From positions 1,165,704 through 1,229,703 of the forward strand of contig OZ220477.1 in NCBI GenBank assembly GCA_965116015.1: 64,000 bases of DNA, given 5' to 3'. Position 1 is the first letter of the stretch; every line of letters begins with the position of its first letter. Positions 17,994 through 27,767 of this stretch are shown one piece after another. The position numbers were made by a program, and so were the translations under genes. This DNA is from Dehalococcoidia bacterium (GTDB taxonomy: Bacteria; Chloroflexota; Dehalococcoidia; Lucifugimonadales; Australimonadaceae). The notes below the pieces were generated by a model, which searched no databases, was not told the DNA's origin, and saw nothing but the letters and a program-made list of their open reading frames with translations.

Positions 17994-20300
17994 ATGAAGA
18001 CAACCAACCCCCCCTACGCCGGACAGAGCATCCTCCGCATCGAAGACGACCGACTCCTCCGCGGACGCGGCAGCTTCACCGCCGACATCCGCCTCCCCGG
18101 CGCTGCCGCCCTCGCCATCGTCCGAAGCCCCTACTCCCACGCCGCCATCAACCGCATCGACCCCGCAACAGCCCTAGCTATGCCCGGCGTCCTCTCCGTC
18201 ATCACCGGAAACGACCTCCACGGCATAGGCCTCCTCGACAGCGTCGGACGCCCCGGAATGGAAATCAAACAAGGCGGCGCGCACCCCGTCCTCGCCCTCG
18301 GCAGAGCCCTCTACGCAGGCCAGCCCCTCGCCGCCGTCGCCGCCGAAACCCCCGCCCAGGCCGCCGACGCCGCCGCCCAGATCGACGTCGACTACCAACC
18401 GCTCGAACCCGTCAACAACCTCGAACGCGCCGCCAACGACGGCTACCCGCCCCTCCACCCCGTAATGCGGAACAACATCTGCGCCCACCAGCGCGCCGGC
18501 GGAGGCGACATCGACGCAGCCTTCGCCGCAGCCGACAGAATCGTCTCCGGCAGATTCGTCGTCCCACGCCTCGCCCCAATGGCTATGGAAGCCCGCGCCT
18601 GCATCGCCTCCTACGACCACCCCTCCGGCGACCTCACATTCTGGTCATCCAACCAGTCCGCCCACGACACCCAGCTCCACATCGAAGAAGTCGTAAGCAT
18701 CCCCGGACGCGTCCGCGTCTTCGCCCCAGACGTCGGCGGAGGATTCGGCCACAAGCACCACCTCTACCCCGAAGAAGTCGCCGCCATCATCCTCGCAATC
18801 CGCCTCAACCGCCCCGTCAAATGGGTCGAAGACCGCAGCGACAACATCCACTCCTCACACGCCCGCGGCCTCGAAGCCTCCCTCCAAGCAGCCCTCCGCT
18901 CCGACGGCAGAATCCTCGGCCTCCGCGCACGCTTCTACTCCGATATGGGCGCCTACTGGATCAGCGGCGCATTCACCTCCCCCGACAACGCCGCCAAACG
19001 CATCACCGGCCCCTACGACATCCCCGCCTACCACGGCGAACAACTCTGCCTCATCACCAACCGTCCCCCCATGACCGCCTACCGCGGTGCCGGACAGCCC
19101 GAAGGCACCTTCTGCATCGAGCGCCTCCTCGACATCGCCGCCCACGAACTCAACCTCGACCCCATCGAAATCCGCCGCCGAAACCTCATACCCCCCTCAA
19201 GCTTCCCCTACTCCACCGTCGCCGGCATCCCCTACGTCGACGGCGACTACGAACCCGTCCTCGACCACGCCCTCCAAGCCGCTAACTACCCCGCCCTCAT
19301 CGCCCGCCGCGACCTCGAACGATCCCAAGGCCGCCTCGTCGGCCTCGGCCTCGCCCTCTCAACAAAAGGCTCCGGCGGAACCGGAGGCGACGCCGCCCGC
19401 TCCAGCGCCGCCAGAATCACCGTCGCCCCCGACGGCGGCGTCGCCCTCGCCACCGACATCTCCCCCCACGGACAAGGCAACGCCACAACATTCGCCCAGA
19501 TCGCCGCCGACGCCCTCGGAGCCCCCTTCGACGACATCGCCGTCCAGTGGGGCGACAGCGACCTCATCGAACCCTTCGGCCCCGGCGCCGGAACCTACGC
19601 CAGCCGAGGCCTCGTCATCGGCGGCCACGCCGTGCGCCAGGCCGCCCAGCAAACCCGCGACGCCCTCCTCGACGCCGCCGCGCACGCCCTCGAAACCAAC
19701 CGCGACGACCTCGAGATTGCCCAGGGCGTCGTCCGCTCCCGCTCCGGCCCCTCCCGCCAGATGCCCATCGGACAGCTCGCCGCGATCGCCGGAACCCCCG
19801 CCGAAGGATTCTCACACTACGCAACCTACACCCTACCACCCGGCAGCTTCGCCTTCGCCGTCCACATCGCCTGCGTCGAGATCGACCGCGACACCGGCGC
19901 TGCCGCCATCCGCGACTTCATCGCCGTCCACGACGTAGGCAACCTCGTCAACCCAATGATCGTCGAAGGCCAGATCCACGGCGGCGTGGTTCAGGGTTTC
20001 GGCGAAGCTATGTGCGAAGCCATCTCCTACGCCCCCGACGGACGCCCCAACCAATGGTCCCTTATGGACTACCCCCTCCCCCTCGCCGAAGACCTCCCCA
20101 GCCTCATCGTCGAAACCCGCGCCACCCAGGCCCGCAACGGCGACCTCGGCGTGCGCGGCATCGGCGAAATGCCCTCCGTCGCAAGCCCCGCCGCACTCGC
20201 CAACGCCGTCCACGACGCCCTCCGCCACATCCGAGCCCCCGCCGTCGACATCCCCCTCACCCAAGAGCGCCTCTGGCAAGCCATCCAGCAAGCAGGCTAA
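17994..20300 (+). CDS. xanthine dehydrogenase/aldehyde oxidase family molybdopterin-binding subunit (CoxL-like)
   Basis: SILRIEDDRLLRGRG N-terminus, AYRGAGQPEG, GGGFG, and the GIGE...P motif near the C-terminus. 768 aa. Confidence 0.88.
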   Translation: MKTTNPPYAGQSILRIEDDRLLRGRGSFTADIRLPGAAALAIVRSPYSHAAINRIDPATALAMPGVLSVITGNDLHGIGLLDSVGRPGMEIKQGGAHPVLALGRALYAGQPLAAVAAETPAQAADAAAQIDVDYQPLEPVNNLERAANDGYPPLHPVMRNNICAHQRAGGGDIDAAFAAADRIVSGRFVVPRLAPMAMEARACIASYDHPSGDLTFWSSNQSAHDTQLHIEEVVSIPGRVRVFAPDVGGGFGHKHHLYPEEVAAIILAIRLNRPVKWVEDRSDNIHSSHARGLEASLQAALRSDGRILGLRARFYSDMGAYWISGAFTSPDNAAKRITGPYDIPAYHGEQLCLITNRPPMTAYRGAGQPEGTFCIERLLDIAAHELNLDPIEIRRRNLIPPSSFPYSTVAGIPYVDGDYEPVLDHALQAANYPALIARRDLERSQGRLVGLGLALSTKGSGGTGGDAARSSAARITVAPDGGVALATDISPHGQGNATTFAQIAADALGAPFDDIAVQWGDSDLIEPFGPGAGTYASRGLVIGGHAVRQAAQQTRDALLDAAAHALETNRDDLEIAQGVVRSRSGPSRQMPIGQLAAIAGTPAEGFSHYATYTLPPGSFAFAVHIACVEIDRDTGAAAIRDFIAVHDVGNLVNPMIVEGQIHGGVVQGFGEAMCEAISYAPDGRPNQWSLMDYPLPLAEDLPSLIVETRATQARNGDLGVRGIGEMPSVASPAALANAVHDALRHIRAPAVDIPLTQERLWQAIQQAG

Positions 20301-20363
20301 GACCCCCGTCCCCGCCTGCCCTCCAGGGTTGCAAAATCTCCCCCATAGGCACACCATAAACAT

Positions 20364-21272
20364 ATGCACGCTGGAGAATTCGAACTCAACGACCCCCTCC
20401 CGAGCCTGCGCGAACCCCACCTCATCGCCACGCTCACCCCATGGATCGACGCCGGCAGCGTCGGCTCCCTCAGCGTCGAGCGCCTCGAACGCTTTATGAA
20501 CGCCGAACAGCTCGGCGGCCTCTCCACACCCGGCAAATTCTTCGACTTCACCCGCTACCGCCCTATGGTCTTCTACGAAGAAGGCCAGCGAAAGATGCGC
20601 GTCCCCAACGCCGACCTCCGCTGGGCCGCCGGCGACGGCGACCACGACTTCATCTTCTTCCATATGCTCGAACCCCACTCCAACGCCGAGGAATACATCG
20701 ACGCCGTAACCGAAGTCATCGAAACCCTCGATGTCAGACGCTTCTGCCGCATAGGCGCTATGTACGACGCCGTACCCCACACACGCCCCCTCCTCGTGAT
20801 GGGAACCCTCAACGGCGAACCCCTCGACAACGTCGAGGGCGTCGAAGGCAACCGCCGCCGCCCCTACCAGGGCCCCACCTCCATCATGAATATGGTCGGC
20901 GACCGCCTCCACGCCAAAGGCGTCGACAATATGATGCTGATGTGCCGCCTACCCCACTACGTCGAACTCGAAGCCGATTTCGCAGGTCGCACCAAAATGC
21001 TCCAGGTCCTCAGCTCCATCTACGGCTTCCCCCCTGAGTACGCAGCCAGCAGGCGCGACACCCACCAATACGCCCGCGTCACCGCCGAAATGCAGCGCAA
21101 CCCAAAGGTCCGCTCCCTCGTCGAGCGCCTCGAAACCGACTACGACGCCCGCGCCGCCCGCCGCCGACGCAACACCCGCCCAGCCACCGACGACCTCCCA
21201 CCGCTGCCCCCCTCCGTCGAAGAATTCCTCGGCAAACTCACCGGCCCCGCCGAAGAAGAAAAAGAAGAATAG
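20364..21272 (+). CDS. PAC2 (proteasome assembly chaperone-like) family protein
   Basis: Length and blocks (PHLIATLTPWIDAGSVG, FIFFHMLEPH, YQGPTSI) resemble PAC2/PF09754 proteins. Acidic C-terminal tail. Confidence 0.55.
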   Translation: MHAGEFELNDPLPSLREPHLIATLTPWIDAGSVGSLSVERLERFMNAEQLGGLSTPGKFFDFTRYRPMVFYEEGQRKMRVPNADLRWAAGDGDHDFIFFHMLEPHSNAEEYIDAVTEVIETLDVRRFCRIGAMYDAVPHTRPLLVMGTLNGEPLDNVEGVEGNRRRPYQGPTSIMNMVGDRLHAKGVDNMMLMCRLPHYVELEADFAGRTKMLQVLSSIYGFPPEYAASRRDTHQYARVTAEMQRNPKVRSLVERLETDYDARAARRRRNTRPATDDLPPLPPSVEEFLGKLTGPAEEEKEE

Positions 21273-21606
21273 CGCCCCAAGGCCGCCGCCCCGGAAAGCT
21301 GCGAATCGCCTTTCGTATCGCAGCCAGCCCGGCGACGGCGGCAACATTTACGCCCGTCGGCCAGGGCGGCGCGAGTTCCAGATTGTCCCTGCCGAAGACA
21401 ACCAGCCGCCCACGGCTTGAGCGACCGCACCCCTGAGTCGCCCAAGCCCCCTGCGGAACCCTCGAACGCCGCCCGACAGCAAACATCGCGAGGAACGGAG
21501 GCTCCCCATACGACTCGCCCGCCCTCTATCAGCCCCGATTGCGCCCATCGTCCTCATCGTCCTCATCCTCCTCGCCGTCCTCAGCGTCGGCGCCGCAGCC
21601 CCCGTC

Positions 21607-22395
21607 GTGCTGCTCAACTCTCCTACCCCCGCGCAAGCAGCCGCAGAAGCGCTGGAGAAGAGAGCCGCCGCCGTAACAGCAGACCTCGCGGCGGAGCTCA
21701 GCCCCCGGAAACCGCTCATGATCGTCCTCGAGTTATTCCGAAAGGGCGGCTACAAAACCGACGACGACGCAACCCCCACGAACCCGGGCGACTACATCGC
21801 CGTCTACCCCGAACGAGCGCTATCGAAGATAATCCTCACCCCCGACCCCGACGGCAACCTGGCAAGCGTCACAGAGGACATCTCCGCCGTCGGCGGCTCC
21901 CCTCCCGTCCTGATCTCGCTCCTCGACGGCTCCGAAATCGTCGGGCCTGCGCCAACCCTAACCGATGGCGGAACAACAGAATCGCAGCCATCGAACGCCC
22001 GCCCTCACGCAAGCGCCTCTCCCGCGCCCGCCGGAACCGGCAACCGCGCGAATCTCGCAGAATGGCTCGACTCCCAGCTGAAGCTCCCCCTCATAGCCCT
22101 GAAAGAGCTGGGATACGCCTACGCCGGCAAGTCGACCTGGAACGCCCAGCCGAGCATCCGCTACGAGCGCCGCTCAGTCATCGGCGCCCTCCCCAACGGA
22201 CAAGTCTTCAACCCGCCCCTCGTATTGCTCGACGTGCTGGAATTCGTCGAAGCGAACCCCCTTCTCGGTCATGAGAGCCACTACACCGTAACGAGCGACA
22301 GCGAGCTCGTCCTTGAGTCCCAGACATCCGTCGTGTCGATTAGCGCAGGGGAACCAGCGGCGGCCCACGGCGCTCCCAATTCCGCAGGAGGCTGA
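21607..22395 (+). CDS. hypothetical protein; the true start is probably upstream (in-frame TM segment at 21541-21606)
   Basis: The ORF is open from 21421. In-frame APIVLIVLILLAVLSVGAAAPVV precedes the GTG at 21607. A GGAGG lies at 21497-21501, but no ATG/GTG/TTG follows it before 21607. Confidence 0.45.
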   Translation: MLLNSPTPAQAAAEALEKRAAAVTADLAAELSPRKPLMIVLELFRKGGYKTDDDATPTNPGDYIAVYPERALSKIILTPDPDGNLASVTEDISAVGGSPPVLISLLDGSEIVGPAPTLTDGGTTESQPSNARPHASASPAPAGTGNRANLAEWLDSQLKLPLIALKELGYAYAGKSTWNAQPSIRYERRSVIGALPNGQVFNPPLVLLDVLEFVEANPLLGHESHYTVTSDSELVLESQTSVVSISAGEPAAAHGAPNSAGG

Positions 22396-23683
22396 CATCG
22401 CCCCTCGCCGCCCCTTCTACGGCTGGGTCATCGTCGCCGCCCTCAGCATCGCCGGCGGCGTCAGTATGTTTATGGGAGCCGGCAACTTCGGACTGTTCGT
22501 CGCCCCTATGAGCGCCGAGCTCGGAATCGGCAACAGCTACTTCGGATGGGCCCTCTCCGCCAGGCTCATCGGCTTCGCCGCCTCCGGACCCATCCTCGGA
22601 CGCCTCATCGACCGCTACGGATCGCGCGCCCCCCTCGCCGCCGGCGGGCTCCTCTTCGGAGCCAGCGCCGTCGCCCTCGGCTTCGTCAACTCCGGATGGC
22701 AGATGATCGGCCTCACCCTCTTCGCCGGCGCAACCGGCTTCTGGGGAAGCAGCACCCTCTACCTCAGCATCCCCATCGCCAAATGGTTCGTCCGAAAACG
22801 CGGACGCGCAATGTCCCTCTTCTTCATCGGAATCCCCCTCGGAATCGCCATCGCCAGCCCCCTCACCCAACTCCTCATCGACGCAGTCGGCTGGCGCGCC
22901 GCCTGGTTCGTCCTCGGAGCCGCAGGCGGACTCTCCATCGCAGCCATCTCCATCGCCTTCGTCCGAAGCGCCCCCGCCGACCTCGGCCTGTTCCCCGACG
23001 GCGCGCCCGCCGAACCCGGATCCCCCGCCGCCAGCGCCGCCGGAGGACGCCCCGAGCGCCCATGGACAGTCTCGGAAGCAATCCGAACCGGCGCCTTCTG
23101 GCGCATCAGCCTCGCCTACGGGCTGCTTATGGCCGCGATGGGATCTATGGGAGTGTTCTGGGTCCCCTTCCTCCGAAGCATCGAAGTCGACCCGGGAATC
23201 GCCGCTATGGCGTTCGCGACCCAGGCCCTAACCCAAGTCGCCTCCTCCGGATTCATCGCCCCCTGGATCGACCGCGCTCAACCCCGCCACATAGCCATCG
23301 CAGGATTCGCAAGCGTCGCCGGCGCTATGCTCATCGCCGCCAACGCCTCCACAGCATGGCACGGCTTCGCCGGAGCCGTCCTCGCCGGCATCGGCCTCGG
23401 AGCCGCTATGCTCATGCAAACCCACATCTGGCCCTCCTACTTCGGACGTCAGCACATCGGCGCGATTCGCGGCGCCGCAACCCCCCTCACCATCGCAATC
23501 ACAGCGCTCGCCGCACCCGCGGTCGGCCTGCTGTTCGACTCCGCCGGATTCGCCCCCGGCTGGCTAACCGCCGCGGGAGGCCTCCTCGTCGGCCTCATCC
23601 TGCTCACGCTCTCTCCGAAACCCCACCCGCCCCCGGCCCGCCCCCATCGCGCAGAAAAAGAGCAGCCACATCCCGCAACGTGA
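22313..23683 (+). CDS. MFS transporter (OFA-like)
   Basis: About 12 hydrophobic segments, with the GRLIDRYGSR and KWFVRKRGRAMS loop motifs. A paralog lies at 32852..34138. The start is uncertain because it overlaps the upstream ORF by 83 nt. Confidence 0.8.
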   Translation: MSPRHPSCRLAQGNQRRPTALPIPQEADIAPRRPFYGWVIVAALSIAGGVSMFMGAGNFGLFVAPMSAELGIGNSYFGWALSARLIGFAASGPILGRLIDRYGSRAPLAAGGLLFGASAVALGFVNSGWQMIGLTLFAGATGFWGSSTLYLSIPIAKWFVRKRGRAMSLFFIGIPLGIAIASPLTQLLIDAVGWRAAWFVLGAAGGLSIAAISIAFVRSAPADLGLFPDGAPAEPGSPAASAAGGRPERPWTVSEAIRTGAFWRISLAYGLLMAAMGSMGVFWVPFLRSIEVDPGIAAMAFATQALTQVASSGFIAPWIDRAQPRHIAIAGFASVAGAMLIAANASTAWHGFAGAVLAGIGLGAAMLMQTHIWPSYFGRQHIGAIRGAATPLTIAITALAAPAVGLLFDSAGFAPGWLTAAGGLLVGLILLTLSPKPHPPPARPHRAEKEQPHPAT

Positions 23684-23736
23684 TAAAACAGGCAAGGCCA
23701 ACCACCCGCGACCAGCAAACACGCAAGGAGCACACA

Positions 23737-24699
23737 ATGATCCTGATCGTCGGAGGAATGGGATTCATCGGACTCAACGCCGCGCTGCGCCTCCTGGAAA
23801 CAGGCGAGAGCGTCGTCATCACGCAGCACAGCGCCCGGCGCGTCCCCGACGCTCTCTCCCCCTACCTGAACGACACGCTGTTCGTCGAACGCGTAGACGT
23901 AACAAAGAGCTACGAAGTAATGGACGCCGCGCACCGGCGCAGCGCCGCCAGCATCATCTCCTTCGCCGCCCCTCCCGCTCGCGGAATCAGCCCCCAGGAG
24001 GACTACCGCATCTACACGCAGGGACTCCAATCGCTGCTCGAAACAACGCGCGTCCTCGGCCTCAAACGCCTCTCCCTCGCAAGCTCAACCTCCGTCTACG
24101 GAAGCCTCCCAGCCGGCCCGTTCCGGGAAGATATGCCCCTTCCCATCAGCTCGCGCACCCAGGTCGAAGCGTTCAAGAAAGGCATGGAGATCCACGCGTC
24201 CCACTACGCCGCCCGCGCAAACATCGACGTCGTCTCTCTCCGCATCGGCAGCATCTATGGCCCCTACTACTACAGCATGTTCAACCCTATGAGCCGAATG
24301 TGCCGCGCCGCCCTCAAAGGCGAAGACCCAGACTTCTCCGACCGCCCCGCCGGATCCATCAGCGAGGATGACGAAGGCGACTGGACCTACGTCGCCGACC
24401 TCGCTCGTGGAATCCAACTCGCCCACACCGCCGAACGGCTCTCGCACAACGTCTACAACATCGGCTCCGGCAAAGCCTCCTCAACGAAAGCCATCTTCGA
24501 AGCAGTCCGCAAAGCGCTCCCCAACGCCGTCTGCTCCGCCCTCAAGCCCGGACGCAGCCCAGCCGCGAACCCCCCAAACCCTGTGATGGACCTCAGCCGC
24601 ATCACAAGCGACGTCGGCTACCAACCAGAGTACGACATCGACTCCGGCATCGCCGCCTACGTCGAGAGTCTCCGCGACCAACCGCAGTCGCCGGCGTAG
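23737..24699 (+). CDS. NAD-dependent epimerase/dehydratase family protein
   Basis: ILIVGGMGFIGLN Rossmann motif, SSTSVYG and an extended-SDR layout. AAGGAG RBS. Confidence 0.8.
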   Translation: MILIVGGMGFIGLNAALRLLETGESVVITQHSARRVPDALSPYLNDTLFVERVDVTKSYEVMDAAHRRSAASIISFAAPPARGISPQEDYRIYTQGLQSLLETTRVLGLKRLSLASSTSVYGSLPAGPFREDMPLPISSRTQVEAFKKGMEIHASHYAARANIDVVSLRIGSIYGPYYYSMFNPMSRMCRAALKGEDPDFSDRPAGSISEDDEGDWTYVADLARGIQLAHTAERLSHNVYNIGSGKASSTKAIFEAVRKALPNAVCSALKPGRSPAANPPNPVMDLSRITSDVGYQPEYDIDSGIAAYVESLRDQPQSPA

Positions 24700-24747
24700 C
24701 CGTCAGAAGCAAACTCCCCAACGCCCTCCAACCAACGGAGGAGAACA

Positions 24748-25284
24748 ATGACCCCAGAGATTAACCCCTTCCAACTGCCGGACGAGCAGAAAGGCTGGCG
24801 CGGCCTTGAAGTATCCGGCCGCCCCCGCCGGCGCGTCTTCACCGTCCTCGAAACCAGCCAGGTGCTCGTCACTGCCCTCCTCCAACTGCCCGGCGAACCC
24901 GGCGTCCGTCACTCTCACGAAACCGGCGAACTATCCTTCAGATGGGCGGGCGGCGCCGCCCCCTTCATCACATGGCGCCCGCCCGGCGAATGGCACGGCG
25001 GAGCCGCCGAGATACGCGCCGACAAAGCTCGCGAGGTCGCCGACGGCCTCGCCTTGCTGCGCAGCCAGCTCCACGCCGGATCTGCGGAGATCGAATCCCT
25101 CCTGAGCATCGCCGAAGCGCTGCAGCAGCAGATCGACGCCCTGCAGCGCCAAACCCGCAACGCCGCCGGCCCCGAGGGCGGACCCGGCCTCATCATCGAT
25201 CTCCTCTTCCCGCCCTTCAGAACAACGATCGACGACCCCAGCTACCCTGAGGTTCGCACAATCACCGGCCAATGGCTCGACTAG
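24748..25284 (+). CDS. hypothetical protein with a cupin-like N-terminal region
   Basis: G.PGVRHSHETGELSF resembles cupin motif 1. The C-terminal half looks helical. Weak call. Confidence 0.4.
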   Translation: MTPEINPFQLPDEQKGWRGLEVSGRPRRRVFTVLETSQVLVTALLQLPGEPGVRHSHETGELSFRWAGGAAPFITWRPPGEWHGGAAEIRADKAREVADGLALLRSQLHAGSAEIESLLSIAEALQQQIDALQRQTRNAAGPEGGPGLIIDLLFPPFRTTIDDPSYPEVRTITGQWLD

Positions 25285-25470
25285 CGGCGCCGGCTGGTCC
25301 AGCGCCGTCACAGCGGGAGGAAGCGTCATCGGACCCGTCTACGCAGGCCTGATGTATGATGTACACGGCTCCTACACGATCGCGTTCTCGACCCTCGGCG
25401 CGGCAACCGCGGCGGGAATGCTCTTCTTCCTGTTGCCCCCCGAAACCCGTGCGCTTCGCGGAGCAAAGCG
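25283..25470 (+). pseudogene. C-terminal remnant of an MFS transporter gene
   Basis: The in-frame translation SGAGWSSAVTAGGSVIGPVYAGLMYDVHGSYTIAFSTLGAATAAGMLFFLLPPE looks like the last two TM helices of an MFS protein. No matching upstream body exists. Confidence 0.4.
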
Positions 25471-25511
25471 CCTAGGCGCAGACCTCCCCCCATTCCCAGA
25501 CCGGCCCTCCT

Positions 25512-27086
25512 ATGCTCGACACGCTCATCATCAACGGCAAGCTCATCGACGGCGCAGGCAGTCCCTGGACGCGCGCCGCCGTCGGCATCGCAGGCGACAC
25601 TGTCACAGTGCTGCGGGGAGACGCCTCCGCAATCGAGGCGACCCGCACTATCGACGCCGCAGGAATGGTCGTCTGCCCCGGCTTCATCGATATGCACTCC
25701 CACTCCGACTTCGCCCTCCTCTCCTCCCCGTCCCACGTGCCCAAAGTAAGCCAGGGAGTAACCACCGAAGCTCTCGGACAGGACGGCCTCTCCTACGCCC
25801 CAATCTCGGAGATCAACCGCCCGCACCTGGTCGACTACCTCGCCGCAGTAAACGGACGCCCGCCCGAAAGCGCCGAATGGACCTCCGTCGCCAGCTTCCT
25901 CGACCTGTTCGACCGCGCCGTCTCCTGCAACGTCGTCTACTTCGTCCCCCACGCCGCCCTCCGCATCGAAGCGATGGGCTGGGACAACCGACTCCCAACA
26001 AACAGCGAACTCGCCCATATGCGCCAGCTGGCGGAGCAAGGCATGCGCGACGGCGCCTTCGGATTCTCCACCGGCCTCTCATACGCGCCCAACATCTACT
26101 CCGACACCAACGAACTCGCCGCCATCGCCGACGCCGTAGCCCCGCACGGCGGCATCTACGTAACTCACAGCCGCTACGGACTCGGCGACCGTATGCTCGA
26201 CCCGTTCCGCGAGTCCATCGAAGTCGGCAGACGCAGCGGAGCCCCCGTGCAGCTCTCGCACTATCACCACCCTGTCCAGGGAATGGGCGAGCGGATGATC
26301 GCCCTAGTCGACGACGCTCGCAACCAGAACATCGACGTAACGTTCGACCAGTACCCATACCCTGCGGCGAGCACTATCCTGCTGTCGCTCATCCCCGCAT
26401 GGGTCCACGAAGGCGGCCCTGCGCGCCTCCTCGAACGCATCGCCGCGCGGAACGTGCGCGACGCCATCGCCAACGACGTCTACCCACAGTGGGGCGGCTC
26501 CCTCGCCGACTACAAGTTCTCGCACATCGGCTCCGCGAAGAACAAAGAGTGGGAAGGCCGCTCGCTCGAAGATATGGCGCGTGCCCAAGGCAAGCGCATG
26601 GTCGACGCCATCTGCGACCTGCTCATCGAAGAGCGGCTCGAAGTCGCGTTCGTCGCGCGCGTCGGAAACGCCGAGAACATCCGCTCCATCATGCGCCATC
26701 CGGCGCAGATGGCGGGCAGCGACGGCCTCATGACCGGCGATATGCCCAACCCTCGCACTTACGGCACATTCCCCTACCTGCTGGGACAGGCCGTCCGCAA
26801 CGGCGACCTCCGGCTCGAAGACGCCGTCCACAAAATGACCGGCGCCCCTGCCAACCGCCTCGGCCTCGCCGACCGCGGCATCCTGCGCAACGGAGCAAAA
26901 GCCGACGTGGTAGTCTTCAACCCTGAGGCTATCCGCGCCGAGGCCACGTTCGACGACCCCAAGCGGCTAGCGACGGGAATCGAGCGCGTATTCGTAAACG
27001 GAACGCCCGTCTGGGAGCAAGGCCGTCACACCGGCGCCCTCCCAGGCCGCGCCCTGAGAAAAAGCATAGCCGCTACCTGTATCTAG
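25512..27086 (+). CDS. N-acyl-D-amino-acid deacylase (D-aminoacylase) family amidohydrolase
   Basis: GKLIDGAG, PGFIDMHSHSD, VTTE..GQDG and a typical ~520-aa length. Confidence 0.85.
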   Translation: MLDTLIINGKLIDGAGSPWTRAAVGIAGDTVTVLRGDASAIEATRTIDAAGMVVCPGFIDMHSHSDFALLSSPSHVPKVSQGVTTEALGQDGLSYAPISEINRPHLVDYLAAVNGRPPESAEWTSVASFLDLFDRAVSCNVVYFVPHAALRIEAMGWDNRLPTNSELAHMRQLAEQGMRDGAFGFSTGLSYAPNIYSDTNELAAIADAVAPHGGIYVTHSRYGLGDRMLDPFRESIEVGRRSGAPVQLSHYHHPVQGMGERMIALVDDARNQNIDVTFDQYPYPAASTILLSLIPAWVHEGGPARLLERIAARNVRDAIANDVYPQWGGSLADYKFSHIGSAKNKEWEGRSLEDMARAQGKRMVDAICDLLIEERLEVAFVARVGNAENIRSIMRHPAQMAGSDGLMTGDMPNPRTYGTFPYLLGQAVRNGDLRLEDAVHKMTGAPANRLGLADRGILRNGAKADVVVFNPEAIRAEATFDDPKRLATGIERVFVNGTPVWEQGRHTGALPGRALRKSIAATCI

Positions 27087-27195
27087 CGATGAATCGGTGG
27101 CTCCGTGCTAGTATGTATAGACAGTCGCTCGTCGAACATCGACGTAGAAAAGCGCCTGTCGGATGTGAGCACGGGGCACTATAGAGGTTCATGGT

Positions 27196-27648
27196 ATGAG
27201 CGGCTTGCATTTCCCAGATCTCTCCATCAAAGGGTTCCGCGGCTTTAAAGAGCTTTGCCTCCCTCAGTTTGGCCGCGTCACTCTAATAACAGGGAAGAAC
27301 AACACTGGAAAAACCTCGGTGCTGGAAGCGCTGTACATACATGCGCATAGCGCGTCTCTAGCAGCTTTAGCAAGGTGTCTTGACTCTCGGCTAGAGTCCT
27401 TTCTTCGCAGCCTCGTTCCCCAACCGAACCCCCTCTACGACCACGCTGTCAACAGTGTGCAGGAGATTTCCCAACCTCTATTCAGCCACTCAGACGAACT
27501 CAAGGCAATCATCCACACTTGGCTTGCGTGGCAAAAGGAGCCAGGCAGGCCCTTCGGGACAGCCATCAGCGCACAATTCCTCAACGCCAACGCGCCCGAA
27601 GCGGTCGCCTTAGCATCCTGGTTAAAGCGGCTGTTCCATGGTGGCTAA
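27196..27648 (+). pseudogene. N-terminal fragment of an AAA_15/ABC-type (OLD/RecF-like) ATPase
   Basis: IKGFRGFKEL...VTLITGKNNTGKTSVLEAL (Walker A), but the ORF stops after 150 aa with no Walker B or signature motif. It sits in a locally lower-GC patch. Confidence 0.5.
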
Positions 27649-27767
27649 CCCCCTGCTTGCCGTAGCGTCCCTGCCGCGTGCAGGCAACCGCCATTTCGCT
27701 TGGGACGCGAAGAATCCTGTACACTGCCATGCGCCGAACGCCGGCGCCACAACAAGAAAGGAACCAA

